This document shows, piece by piece, positions 37,891-47,920 of a stretch of DNA of 64,000 nt. Location: assembly GCA_964437755.1 (NCBI GenBank), contig CAYTIA010000002.1, forward strand, positions 34,107 through 98,106, written 5' to 3'. The notes under the pieces were generated by a model, which ran no database searches, was not told the DNA's origin, and saw only the letters and a program-made list of their open reading frames with translations. Both the position numbers and the translations under genes were made by a program. The stretch comes from an uncultured Pseudomonadales bacterium (lineage in GTDB: Bacteria > Patescibacteriota > Microgenomatia > UBA1400 > PJMF01). The first letter of the stretch is position 1, and every line of letters begins with the position of its first letter.

Positions 37891-39867
37891 ATGAAGAATA
37901 ACAAAATTAAGATAGTGACTTATCTGTTTTTTATATTGGTTTTGTTTTTAATTTTCCCTTCAAATACTTTTGCCAAATCTTACAAAATTGACAGAGTAAA
38001 GATTGAGGCAGAGTTAAGCCAAGATGGCTCGATGAGAGTTAAAGAAACTCGAACCTATGATTTTGACGGAAGTTATACTTTTGCATATCTAACTCTGAAT
38101 CGTTATCTCAACTTAGTCAAAAACCCAGGTAGAACAGAACCTTACAAATTGTCAGATTTTACGATTTGTGAAGACAGTGATTGTTATCAGTTGGTTGATG
38201 CCAACTCAGGAGAATCGTACAAAAATGACAAGAGTTTTTATATCCGTGAAGACAAAGAAGAGTATTACATAAAATGGTTTTATCGAGCCAACAATCAGAA
38301 AAAATCTTTTACCCTGAGCTATTTTGTAGAGAATGCTATTACTCAGCATAAAGATGTTGATGAGTTGTATTGGCAGTTTATTGGCGATGATTGGGAGATT
38401 CCGCATCATCAAATTGAGGCGGTGCTTAAGCTTAACTTTATCGATTCCAATGATGCTGATTTTGGCAATCAACTAAAAGCTTGGTTACATGGGCAAACTG
38501 GAGGAATGGTAAGTATTGGCAATGCCAACACTATAATTTTTGAGATTGACCGATTAAATGCAGGCAATTTTTTTGAGGGAAGAGTTTTGTTTCCTTACCA
38601 AACTTTTGCTAATACAGCTACTGGAACTTTGAATAGAGATAAAATTCTAGAGCAAGAAAAAGGCTTTATTCGTCAAACGCAGATGATGGAGTATGCATTT
38701 TTGGGATTATCAGCCTTGTTGGCTGTTTTTAATGTGGGATTACTCTATTTTATTTTTTGCGAAATCTCAAATTATGCAAGGTATGGTTTTGGTAAGCGTT
38801 TGCCAAAGATAAAAGTAGGGGTGTGGGAGCCTCCAAGCGATTTAAATCCAGCGCAAGTGATGCAGCTGATATCGGGAAGTAAACATCTTGGTCCATCGGC
38901 TTTTACCTCATTAGTTTTGTCGTTGGTTCAAGCAAAAAAAGCCAAGATTATCAGAAGTGATCAGAAAGAAGGCTTTTTGTTTAAAAAATATCGATATGGC
39001 TTGCAGAAGGTGAGTGACGAGTATCAACTTAAGGCGTACAACAACCTAGACAGAATCCAAGTTAAGGTATTTAATTTTATCTTTGAAAGAGCTGGCAAAG
39101 GAAAGAAAACTGTTTGGTTTAATGAGTTAACTAGTTATTGTCGGTTGCACAGCGTTGTCGCTCAAGCATTTTTTAAGGGTTTGTCTGAATCTGCTCAACA
39201 AATTAATTTAAATCAGGGTTATTTTGACCAAGAAGCATTTGATAAACTGAGTAATAAAAAATGGTGGATCTTTGCCATCTCGATGGTTGGTAGTTTTATT
39301 TTGGCTGGAATAATTATCACAAAAACTCAATCAAGCTCCCAGTTTGATGCTATTCATTCAGTTAATGCGATAGTAAGCTATTTTTTATTTGGGTTAAGTG
39401 TTGTGGTATTGAGTATTACCAGTACGAAAGTTTTAAAACGAACTGAGAAAGGAGCTCAAGAAGCTGCTAACTGGAAGGCGTTTAAAAAACACTTAAAGCA
39501 TTATAAAAAAACAAAGGAATACTCAATTGACTCGATAATCATTTGGGAAAAGTATTTGGTTTACGGAACATTGTTGGGTGTTTCAATGAAGGCTCTTTCG
39601 CAAATGCCGGTGAAATTTGATCAACTAGACAAGAGCACTGCTCATACTTTTTCATATTGGGGTGTAAGCAATAATTTTGGAGCGAGAGGCCTTAGCTCGA
39701 TTGATCTCTCGTCAATCTCATCTAGTTTGACTGAAGTTAGCCAAGCGATAAATTCTTTATCATCTGTAAGTAGTTCAAGTTATGGTGCTAGCGGAATGGG
39801 TTCTTCTGGAGGTTCTTCTGGAGGTGGTGGTGGAGGCGGCGGTGGTGGCGGTGGTGGAGCTGGATAG
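37891..39867 (+). CDS. DUF2207-like membrane protein with C-terminal poly-Gly tail
   Basis: 658 aa. Signal peptide, large extracytoplasmic domain, TM helices around residues 260-290 and 450-500. Terminal SGGSSGGGGGGGGGGGGGAG. Confidence 0.45.
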   Translation: MKNNKIKIVTYLFFILVLFLIFPSNTFAKSYKIDRVKIEAELSQDGSMRVKETRTYDFDGSYTFAYLTLNRYLNLVKNPGRTEPYKLSDFTICEDSDCYQLVDANSGESYKNDKSFYIREDKEEYYIKWFYRANNQKKSFTLSYFVENAITQHKDVDELYWQFIGDDWEIPHHQIEAVLKLNFIDSNDADFGNQLKAWLHGQTGGMVSIGNANTIIFEIDRLNAGNFFEGRVLFPYQTFANTATGTLNRDKILEQEKGFIRQTQMMEYAFLGLSALLAVFNVGLLYFIFCEISNYARYGFGKRLPKIKVGVWEPPSDLNPAQVMQLISGSKHLGPSAFTSLVLSLVQAKKAKIIRSDQKEGFLFKKYRYGLQKVSDEYQLKAYNNLDRIQVKVFNFIFERAGKGKKTVWFNELTSYCRLHSVVAQAFFKGLSESAQQINLNQGYFDQEAFDKLSNKKWWIFAISMVGSFILAGIIITKTQSSSQFDAIHSVNAIVSYFLFGLSVVVLSITSTKVLKRTEKGAQEAANWKAFKKHLKHYKKTKEYSIDSIIIWEKYLVYGTLLGVSMKALSQMPVKFDQLDKSTAHTFSYWGVSNNFGARGLSSIDLSSISSSLTEVSQAINSLSSVSSSSYGASGMGSSGGSSGGGGGGGGGGGGGAG

Positions 39868-39897
39868 AGAGATTATATTTTTTGTATATAAATACTA

Positions 39898-40839
39898 ATG
39901 ATTGCAGAAAGAGTTTTAGAAACTAAACCTAAAGAATTTCAAGAATTTCTTGATGAGCATAAAGAAGAAGTTGATGCTATTTTGGAGTCCTTGCTGCCTA
40001 AGGGTGAAGTTTTTCGCCATCCCCATTATGAATTAAAAACTTTGAACGACTATCTTTTTTGGATTAATATGGTAAAGGTTAGGATGTTTTTTCAAGAGAG
40101 TTATTCACCAGAAAGTGTAGAGGACATAGATTCTTTAATGTCATTTTTTTCTCAAGCTCATGTAATCGCAATGACTGGGAAACAGAAGCCCAAAAGAGTA
40201 GAGAGAAAAAGAGCTTCTTATAATGGCATGTCTCCAGTAGATGGAGTATCCCCAGGAAAATATCGCGATGATAGAAAAGATCGGGCAGTATTTTTTAGTG
40301 GAGTAGATTTATTAACGAAGCAAGAAATAATAAACTGGTTGCAGTCTGTTGGTTTGTCCATTAATCAATCTCAGAGAGTATCCAAAGATTTTCTTCCAAC
40401 GTTACTTTCAGGGCAAACAATAGTTTATCCCAAATCTTCTTCAATACCGCGCCTATTGTCTGAGGTTTGTTCCTCTTTAGGATTGCTTGAAATAGGATTA
40501 CTTGCTTCAGAAGAACAAAAGGTCAAGGTAATTGGATCTGTAATTCAATTTTGGGCTTCTGCTCATCCTTTCCCTATAGTAAATCATTCTTTGATTATGA
40601 ATTTTGTGAATTTTCTATTAAAGAAAAACAATCTATCGCCGGTTCCTTCTACTCAGCCGTTGTGGCCGATAGCTGTTTGTATGCAAGACAATTTTCTAGA
40701 GTACTTTTGGCGCTATTATCAGCAATACAACCTTGACTCTGAAATCTGGAAAAAACCGTACGACCCAAAGATTCACGGTGAAAAAGATGATTTGGATAAT
40801 ATTTTATTACCTGTTGAGTTACCGCGGTTGGATCTTTAA
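39898..40839 (+). CDS. Hypothetical protein
   Basis: 313-aa ORF. No motif recognised. Confidence 0.4.
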   Translation: MIAERVLETKPKEFQEFLDEHKEEVDAILESLLPKGEVFRHPHYELKTLNDYLFWINMVKVRMFFQESYSPESVEDIDSLMSFFSQAHVIAMTGKQKPKRVERKRASYNGMSPVDGVSPGKYRDDRKDRAVFFSGVDLLTKQEIINWLQSVGLSINQSQRVSKDFLPTLLSGQTIVYPKSSSIPRLLSEVCSSLGLLEIGLLASEEQKVKVIGSVIQFWASAHPFPIVNHSLIMNFVNFLLKKNNLSPVPSTQPLWPIAVCMQDNFLEYFWRYYQQYNLDSEIWKKPYDPKIHGEKDDLDNILLPVELPRLDL

Positions 40840-40864
40840 TTCTTAAGATTGTTTAGGCGCTACT

Positions 40865-41932
40865 TTAGCCGAAATCTTCTTCGTCTTCAAAAGGATCAGC
40901 TTGTATAAATATTCCGCACTCATCAATTTTTCCATAAGGTAGATTACCCACTCCACCTTTTAGCTTAATAGTAGCTTCTTGTCTTTCTGGCTCAGGAACT
41001 GGGCGTAAGAGAAGAGCTCCTACTCGCCCAATTTGATCATATGCTGTTGATATAACAGCCCTTGTATTACGATCGCTACAGACTTGATGAAAATCATCGT
41101 TAGCTAGAATCGAGTAGTCTAAAAGTAATGTGCCATCGTCAGAGTAAAGGGTGCACTCCCCAACTAAAGCATCTCGATAATCAACTCTAACATCATCTGG
41201 AGTAAGTTGGTAGAGTTCGACTCTTTTACTCAAAGCAACGAGATAATTATGTAATTGTTTTTCTTCTTCAGGTTCCAAATTGGTTAATTGTGACTCAAGA
41301 GTATTTAAATTTTCAACTACCTTTCTAAATTCATTCATAATTTTTAAGCGATTCTCCTGAATTTCTGCTAATACTCTTTGCAGGGTTACTAGTCGAGTTT
41401 GTGCTTCATCCACCTCAATTTCAAGCTGTGGTACCTCTAATAAAAGTTTTTCTACTTTACTTCTAACTGAGTCAATTATTAAACTCATTTGCTCTAGGCT
41501 TAAATCAACAAATCTGGGTTGTCTTTCTTCTCCTCTAATAATTTTTCCAAGCACAATACTAATTGGGTTATTTTCTAAAATCTCATTTTTTTCTGCTTCT
41601 GGATGTGTTTTGAGATATTCTTGGCGAAGTTCTCTTTCAGTATCATATAGAGCTAACAGTAACCCGGGAGTTACTGGAACTTCGTGGTCAAACAGATTTA
41701 GTTTGGCAAGAACCGGCTGCAAACGCTCCAGGTGTTGAGTTGAATCTCTAATTCTGTATTGCTTTGATCCAATATCTTTTGAAATCTGTTCAGCAAGACG
41801 ACTTGCCTGAACAGTTGCTTCATCAAATCTAGCGATCCGCTGCAACATTTCTACAGCAGTATCAAAAAGCTCCTTGGCTTCAACAGCCAGTAATTCTGGG
41901 TTTTGAACATTAGCTTCAGAACTCATAAGCAA
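40865..41932 (-). CDS. Hypothetical coiled-coil protein
   Basis: 355 aa, heptad-rich central region, acidic C-terminus. Downstream of the DUF4349-like gene in the same orientation. Confidence 0.4.
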   Translation of the reverse strand: MLMSSEANVQNPELLAVEAKELFDTAVEMLQRIARFDEATVQASRLAEQISKDIGSKQYRIRDSTQHLERLQPVLAKLNLFDHEVPVTPGLLLALYDTERELRQEYLKTHPEAEKNEILENNPISIVLGKIIRGEERQPRFVDLSLEQMSLIIDSVRSKVEKLLLEVPQLEIEVDEAQTRLVTLQRVLAEIQENRLKIMNEFRKVVENLNTLESQLTNLEPEEEKQLHNYLVALSKRVELYQLTPDDVRVDYRDALVGECTLYSDDGTLLLDYSILANDDFHQVCSDRNTRAVISTAYDQIGRVGALLLRPVPEPERQEATIKLKGGVGNLPYGKIDECGIFIQADPFEDEEDFG

Positions 41933-41949
41933 TATCCTTTAGAATCTCG

Positions 41950-42906
41950 TTAATATTGACTCTGTTTTTTTCTTTTTCTAGCAACTAACACAATTCCCAG
42001 CACTGCTAGCCAAATTGGACTGTAAACTACTGCCCAGATGCCTAGTTCGGCTAAACCTCTACCAGTTAATACGAGTGATCTAACTGCTTGTCTAAAGACA
42101 ACTTTGGCACTCCAGCTTTCAGCAGGGGCGTAAGGAAGAGCCATCTCATCGGTGGCCAGATAAACCGAAACCAAGCTATAGTCAGCGCTTTCGGCAAGAT
42201 AACGACGAGTACCTTCAAGAGAATCAATCTGAGTTTGCAAGTTGAGTAACTCACGCTGAACCTCAAGCATATCACTAACTGTAAAGGCGCTACCAAGCAT
42301 CTCCTCAAACTTTCTTTTGGTTGTATTGAGAACACGAAGCCTTTCTTCAATATTTGTGTACTGCTCAGTGATATCTCTGCCTGATACATTTTCAGAAACA
42401 ACCTTAACTCCGAGGTTTCTAACGGCTGCTAAAAAATTATCAAGTTTTTCACTTTGAACTCTTACGGAAATGTAGCCAGAAGCTCCCTCTTCAGGTCGAC
42501 TAATGTTTTGATTGACCATGAAGCCTTGGTGATTAACGGCTAGCTTATTAATTTGATCTAGAACTGAACCAACATCATCAACTTTTAATGACAGGGAAGT
42601 ATCGGTAATTACTTTTCTATCAGCGCTATCATAACCTGATCCGATTGATTCTTCTGACGAACTAAAATTATCAAGAAATGTTCTTGAACTGCTGGCGGGA
42701 GCTGGCATTTGAGCTGCCATGTCATAGCTAACCATCTCGTTTTGATAAACTGAATATTTTGATTGACCAACAAAAGGAGCTGAAGCTCTAGACCTTGCTA
42801 GTAAAAAAATTATCACCACTATCAAGGCTGTGGCTAATTTATTTTGTTTAATCCAGGAAAAAATGGATGGTTTTGGCATAGTTATGAAGTGGTCAATAAA
42901 AACCAT
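41950..42906 (-). CDS. DUF4349-like membrane protein (N-terminal TM, coiled coil, C-terminal TM)
   Basis: 318 aa. N-terminal TM (LATALIVVIIFLLA). Central coiled coil. C-terminal TM (GIWAVVYSPIWLAVLGIVLVARKRKK). Confidence 0.4.
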   Translation of the reverse strand: MVFIDHFITMPKPSIFSWIKQNKLATALIVVIIFLLARSRASAPFVGQSKYSVYQNEMVSYDMAAQMPAPASSSRTFLDNFSSSEESIGSGYDSADRKVITDTSLSLKVDDVGSVLDQINKLAVNHQGFMVNQNISRPEEGASGYISVRVQSEKLDNFLAAVRNLGVKVVSENVSGRDITEQYTNIEERLRVLNTTKRKFEEMLGSAFTVSDMLEVQRELLNLQTQIDSLEGTRRYLAESADYSLVSVYLATDEMALPYAPAESWSAKVVFRQAVRSLVLTGRGLAELGIWAVVYSPIWLAVLGIVLVARKRKKQSQY

Positions 42907-42947
42907 GATTAATACTTAAAAAAAGTATAACACTTTTTTAAGTTGCG

Positions 42948-43070
42948 TGTTATAATTTTGCCACCAATGCAGCAATACTTAATAACTACTACCACTACTG
43001 CCATCTCCTGACGGAGGGTGTGGTGTTGGTGCTTATTAATACTCACAACCTCCAAACAGGAGGTTTTTTT
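42948..43070 (+). promoter_or_regulatory. thrS leader: extended -10 promoter, Thr-codon leader ORF, alternative antiterminator/terminator hairpins
   Basis: TGTTATAAT extended -10 at 42948-42956. Leader ORF 42967-43011. Hairpin CTCC-tgac-GGAG 43005-43016. GGAGGgTGTG (43013-43022) can pair with CACAaCCTCC (43044-43053). Terminator AACCTCC-aaaca-GGAGGTTTTTTT 43047-43070. Confidence 0.55.
42967..43011 (+). CDS. Candidate leader peptide MQQYLITTTTTAIS (five consecutive Thr codons)
   Basis: atg cag caa tac tta ata ACT ACT ACC ACT ACT gcc atc tcc tga, read directly from the sequence. It sits 128 nt upstream of thrS. Confidence 0.45.
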   Translation: MQQYLITTTTTAIS

Positions 43071-43138
43071 GTAGCTTATTGGCGAAACTTACTCCTGCGA
43101 AAATCCAAATTATCAATTAAAATTACTTAGAACAACAT

Positions 43139-44977
43139 ATGTCAAAAAACCCAAACCCAAATTTATCAAGCAACGAACAACAACTCTTGGCTTTACGTCA
43201 CAGCGCCGAACACGTACTTACCTACGCCATGCAGAGACTCTATGGTCAAGACAGAGTTATTATGGCAATGGGGCCAGCTACTGCCGATGGTTTTTACTTT
43301 GATTTTGATACTCCGGAAGATTTTATTGTTAATGAGCAAATGCTGGGCAAGATTGAGAAAGAGATGAAACAGTTAATCAAGGCAAATTTATCTCTGATTC
43401 AAATTAAAGTCACTTTGCCAGTGGCTCGATCGGTTTTTATTAACAATCCTTATAAGCAAGAGTGGCTTGATGGCATTGAAAGTGAAGGGGAGCAAGTTAG
43501 TTTATATCTAATGGGAACCAAAGAACAGTTAGAGAATGATCAAGCATTGTTCCAGAAAGCCCAGGATGGAGAGATCTTAGATCCTTCTATTCTGCAATCA
43601 TTTGTTGATCTGTGCAAGGGTCCTCATGTGGACTCTACAGGTGAAATAAAAGCTTTTAAGTTACTCTCAATTGCCGGTGCCTATTGGCATGGAGATGAAA
43701 AAAACAAGATGCTCACTCGTATTTATGGTACGGCTTTTAATACTCAAGAGGAACTAGATCATTATCTGTGGCAAATAGAAGAAGCTAAAAAGAGAGATCA
43801 CAAAAAAATTGGTCAGAAGCTTGGCTTGTTTATGTTTGATGAGGAGTTTGGGCAAGGCTTGCCTTTGTATAAGCCAAAAGGTGCAATGTTGCGCAAACTT
43901 ATTATGGATTTTGCTTTTGAAACATATCTCAAGCGAGGTTACCAACCAGTTTCTACGCCACATATTGCCAGGCGAGGCTTATGGGAAACTTCTGGACACT
44001 GGTTTTTTTATCGCGACTCGATTTATTCTCCAATGGAGGTCGATGGTGAGCAGTATTTGCTCAAACCAATGAACTGTCCTGGTCATGTGAAGATTTATAA
44101 CAATGATCTTCATAGTTATCGCGACTTGCCAGTTCGATTGGCAGAGATGGGCACTGTCTATCGATATGAAAAATCTGGAGAGTTAAATGGAATCTTGCGT
44201 CCACGTGGATTTACACAAGATGATGCACACATAATTTGTACCCCAGATCAGCTTCCGGCCGAACTATTAGAGGTAATCGATTTAACCAAGTTTATTTATT
44301 CGAGGTTTGGTTTTAATGATCCAGTAATCAGTTTGTCTGTTCGTGATCCAGAAAATAAATCTAAGTATATGGGGGATGATGATAGTTGGTCATTAGCCGA
44401 AAAAGCACTTGAGGAGGCCTTAATTGAAAAACAGTTGCCTTATCAAAGAATTGAGGGTGAAGCGGCTTTTTATGGTCCCAAGATAGATTTTATGTTTGAG
44501 GATGCTTTGGGTCGCAAGCAACAGCTTACCACCATCCAGGTTGATTTTAATCTGCCGGAGAAATTTGAAATGTACTACATCAACGAAAAAGGCGAAAAAC
44601 AACAGCCATTTATGTTACACAGAGCCTTATTGGGTTCTCTAGAAAGATTTATGGGAGTGTTGATTGAGCACACGGCTGGCAATTTTCCTTTCTGGTTGTC
44701 ACCAGTACAGGTAAAAGTATTGCCGATTACCGATGAGCAGATTGAATACGCTAATTCAGTAGTTGATCAGTTAAGAAAAGAAAATATTAGGGTTGAGGTT
44801 GATGATCGCAGTGCCACTTTGGGTGGCAAGATTCGTGATGCTGAAAGCGAGAGAGTTCCAGTGATGTTAATAGTTGGTGCTAGAGAAGCAGAAAGAGGTG
44901 AGGTGAGCATAAGGGAGAGAGATAAGAAGGAGCAGAGAGTAGTGAGGGTGGAGCTGTTATTGAAAGATATAGTGTAA
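43139..44977 (+). CDS. thrS: Threonyl-tRNA synthetase (lacks N-terminal TGS domain)
   Basis: 612 aa. Editing-domain HxxxH (LRHSAEHVLTYA). Class II motifs, FRDSIYSPMEVDGEQYLLKPMNCPGH, HRALLGSLERFMGVLIEHTAGNFPFWLSP. Anticodon-binding domain. Confidence 0.95.
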   Translation: MSKNPNPNLSSNEQQLLALRHSAEHVLTYAMQRLYGQDRVIMAMGPATADGFYFDFDTPEDFIVNEQMLGKIEKEMKQLIKANLSLIQIKVTLPVARSVFINNPYKQEWLDGIESEGEQVSLYLMGTKEQLENDQALFQKAQDGEILDPSILQSFVDLCKGPHVDSTGEIKAFKLLSIAGAYWHGDEKNKMLTRIYGTAFNTQEELDHYLWQIEEAKKRDHKKIGQKLGLFMFDEEFGQGLPLYKPKGAMLRKLIMDFAFETYLKRGYQPVSTPHIARRGLWETSGHWFFYRDSIYSPMEVDGEQYLLKPMNCPGHVKIYNNDLHSYRDLPVRLAEMGTVYRYEKSGELNGILRPRGFTQDDAHIICTPDQLPAELLEVIDLTKFIYSRFGFNDPVISLSVRDPENKSKYMGDDDSWSLAEKALEEALIEKQLPYQRIEGEAAFYGPKIDFMFEDALGRKQQLTTIQVDFNLPEKFEMYYINEKGEKQQPFMLHRALLGSLERFMGVLIEHTAGNFPFWLSPVQVKVLPITDEQIEYANSVVDQLRKENIRVEVDDRSATLGGKIRDAESERVPVMLIVGAREAERGEVSIRERDKKEQRVVRVELLLKDIV

Positions 44978-45046
44978 AAATCTTGAAAAGCTAATCAGCA
45001 TCTTTTATTATGATTAAAGTATTATTATTACTAATTAAGAACAAAC

Positions 45047-45565
45047 ATGACAGAAACAAAACAACAAGATATGGTTTTTAATGCAGAGTTAGAAAAAGTT
45101 CCTGAAAGAGAAGTGTTAATTGATATGCTACTATTAGATGAAGAGGATAGGCATAAAGAAGGAACTGTCGACGAATCTAGAGAAAAAGATCGCTCAGATT
45201 GGACTCAATCAATCGATCAAGGGGAGGTGCCTATTAAAAGTGAGTCACTGATGAGTGAAAAAGCTCAACAGTATCTAAAATGGATTAATAATGAAAAGCT
45301 CGGAGCGTCTAGATTTATTGATTTGCACTATGAATTAAAAGAAAAAGAGTATTTAAAAGGTGATGAGTTAGAGGTTGTTAAAAAAGCACTTTCTCAAGCA
45401 AGAGCGGATTACTGGATAACAAGGCTTGTTCCAAATCGCATAGGTGATTGGACTCTTGCAGATGTTATTGGTCGTTTAGAGGATGAGTATAAAAGTGGAC
45501 TATTATCAGAGACTGATGTGAAAAGAGCAGCTTTTGAAATAAAGAAACATTTAGAAAAGAGCTAA
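45047..45565 (+). CDS. Hypothetical protein
   Basis: 172-aa ORF, acidic, no motif. Confidence 0.4.
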   Translation: MTETKQQDMVFNAELEKVPEREVLIDMLLLDEEDRHKEGTVDESREKDRSDWTQSIDQGEVPIKSESLMSEKAQQYLKWINNEKLGASRFIDLHYELKEKEYLKGDELEVVKKALSQARADYWITRLVPNRIGDWTLADVIGRLEDEYKSGLLSETDVKRAAFEIKKHLEKS

Positions 45566-45584
45566 TTTTTAAACACTAAACAAC

Positions 45585-46253
45585 ATGTCTGAAAAAACAC
45601 CAATTTCAGAACTGACCCATCCACTAGAAGCTCTCTCGAAAGAGAGACTTAGAGCAATATATGAGGTTATGTTGCACAAGTCTCTTGAACATAGAGCAAT
45701 TAGTAATGAAGCTGCTGGGGCTACTAGCAAAGGTTTTCAAGAATCTCTTGAAGAGTGGGAAGGGGAAGATTATCCTCCCATTTCTGATTTTGTGGTATCA
45801 CATTCGGTTTTGAAGAAAAAACAGCCTGATTATGCTAGGCCACAATTGATTGTAAGCAGATATGAAGGAGATCCAGAAGCAGCTACTGGCTTAGGAAGTA
45901 ATGCATTTTATGAACTTGAATCTCAAAAGGATATAACGATTCAACTGCATGTTGAACGCAGGGTTCAGAAGGGTTTGCTGCCAGATGTTAGTATAAATGT
46001 AGTTCTTTATGAACCAGATTTATCAAGAGGTGGCGGGATGGTTTCTAAAACAAGGCTCAACATACACATTGAGCAAGAAGGAACATTATCAAATGAGTCA
46101 GAAGAGATCTTGGTGAGAAATATGGATGCTAATAGGATAGTAGTTTTCAACTCAGATGGAGAGGTGGCAAATGATGATCAAGATATTGACACCCAAGAGG
46201 TTAACAAGACAGTGGATCAATGCTTAGCTCTTGTTGAAAAAGTTCTAAAATAA
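45585..46253 (+). CDS. Hypothetical protein
   Basis: 222-aa ORF, no motif. Confidence 0.4.
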   Translation: MSEKTPISELTHPLEALSKERLRAIYEVMLHKSLEHRAISNEAAGATSKGFQESLEEWEGEDYPPISDFVVSHSVLKKKQPDYARPQLIVSRYEGDPEAATGLGSNAFYELESQKDITIQLHVERRVQKGLLPDVSINVVLYEPDLSRGGGMVSKTRLNIHIEQEGTLSNESEEILVRNMDANRIVVFNSDGEVANDDQDIDTQEVNKTVDQCLALVEKVLK

Positions 46254-46292
46254 TAAGTGGGTGGTATTTAAAAATTTTGCTTCAATTCTTTT

Positions 46293-47840
46293 TTAAGCTC
46301 CTTTTGTATTTAGAGCATCCACATTTATTAATTTTAACAAATGCTCTCTCATTGCTTTTGTTCCTTTTTGAAGAGGATGTTCACCAGTATCAAGTAAACT
46401 TATCTCCTTGATTAAATCATTAAAGTATTCTACTTTTTGTTTTAATAATTCAACTGCTTGTTCAGCTTTTGTTGCAAAAAGGGGAATGACTGCTTGGTAT
46501 GCTTCTAAAGCTTGTTGATCTGCTGTTATAGAATGAATTTCATGAAGTAATAAAGCTAGGCGAATTACATCAGGCTGATCATCCTCTTTCTCAAGCAATT
46601 GTCCAACATCTTTAGATATTTCTTCTAATCTACTAGCTGTTTTAGGCTCAAGATCAAGAGTGGAGAATCTGTCGGGATGAGCTAAGCGTTTTAGTTTTGA
46701 TTGCCATTTACGTCCTCCCCATAATTCTTGAGGATTTGCTTCGATCTTTCCAGATTCAAAAGTTGTATTATGAATTTGTTTCCCCTTGTAAAATGATCCT
46801 AACTCATCTGCTCCAGGGAAAGATGATCTCTTGATATCAAATAGTCTATAAATGCATTGTAAAGTGGAAAATAACTCTGTTGATTCTCTCTGTATTTCAA
46901 GAGGAATTTCACTCATTATAATTGCAGTTGCTTTTGTGATATCTTCTATAGCTGTTTGCAAAATTCTTAACTTTTTGAGTGGATCTGTTTCTGCATTAGC
47001 TCTTTCAATAATGTCGTTAATCGAAAATTGCTTTTTTTCTGGTGGATCTTGTGTTGAGTAGGGATCGGGTATCTCAGCTGTTTGATCGGGTTCAAGAGTT
47101 GATTGGTGAAGTTTTTCTTGAGACTCTGCTGTACTAAAGACTACATACTCTTCCATCTTTCCTGTTTTAATTAGTTCGGCGACCATAGCCTTATTTAGAC
47201 CATAAAGTAGCTGGTGAATTGTTTGCCAATCTGCCTTAGTAGCTGTATCATAAGTTTGTAATGCCTCGGCGTCAGCCACCCATGGCTCTTGGATCATTCG
47301 ATTAAGACCAAGTAATGAATGTTTTATTTTGGGCCAAAGTCTTCTAGCGCGGGTGTTTATTGGTCCACCCTCACAGCCATCACGAAAAGTTTGAGAAATC
47401 TCTGCCTCTTCTCCATATGTCACCCGAAATCTAATTTGTTTAGGGCCTCCTTTTTCATTAAGATTTGCTCTTAGACCATCACCCAACGTTGTTGATAGGC
47501 TGTCAATTACCCCAGCTCTTTGTTCTGTTATTGGAGAAACTCTTTCTAAAGCGAATTCTAATGCATTTGATTCTTTAGTTTGATGATCTACAAGTTGTAA
47601 ACATCTAATCAGTCTGAATTTTGCATCAGGGGTGATTCTTGCTGCTTGTGCATCCATGGGTGAAAAAAATAACAAGCTGTTTGGGAATGCTCCCTTGCCC
47701 GGATACAAAAATTTTGCCAAATTTGCTGCTTGTTGTGCTAACGTTACGACCTCATTTCTAAATTCAGCTTCTACTAGAACTTCATTTTCAAATTGTTTAA
47801 GTAAGTCTGGACGTGAATTTGCTTCTGGGGGGTTTGTCAT
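46293..47840 (-). CDS. Hypothetical protein
   Basis: 515-aa ORF. No signal peptide. Predicted mostly helical. No motif. Confidence 0.45.
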   Translation of the reverse strand: MTNPPEANSRPDLLKQFENEVLVEAEFRNEVVTLAQQAANLAKFLYPGKGAFPNSLLFFSPMDAQAARITPDAKFRLIRCLQLVDHQTKESNALEFALERVSPITEQRAGVIDSLSTTLGDGLRANLNEKGGPKQIRFRVTYGEEAEISQTFRDGCEGGPINTRARRLWPKIKHSLLGLNRMIQEPWVADAEALQTYDTATKADWQTIHQLLYGLNKAMVAELIKTGKMEEYVVFSTAESQEKLHQSTLEPDQTAEIPDPYSTQDPPEKKQFSINDIIERANAETDPLKKLRILQTAIEDITKATAIIMSEIPLEIQRESTELFSTLQCIYRLFDIKRSSFPGADELGSFYKGKQIHNTTFESGKIEANPQELWGGRKWQSKLKRLAHPDRFSTLDLEPKTASRLEEISKDVGQLLEKEDDQPDVIRLALLLHEIHSITADQQALEAYQAVIPLFATKAEQAVELLKQKVEYFNDLIKEISLLDTGEHPLQKGTKAMREHLLKLINVDALNTKGA

Positions 47841-47920
47841 AAATTTTTTACTGTCATTTAATATTTATCTTAATAATGTTAACATTTTAATTAGCAAAAG
47901 TTAATCGTATATATGTTTTA

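Noticed and set aside
42960-43070. T-box riboswitch upstream of thrS
   Set aside because: The leader is only about 175 nt. It lacks Stem I/specifier-loop architecture and the AGGGUGGNACCGCG T-box consensus. A translated Thr-codon mini-ORF with terminator/antiterminator fits better.
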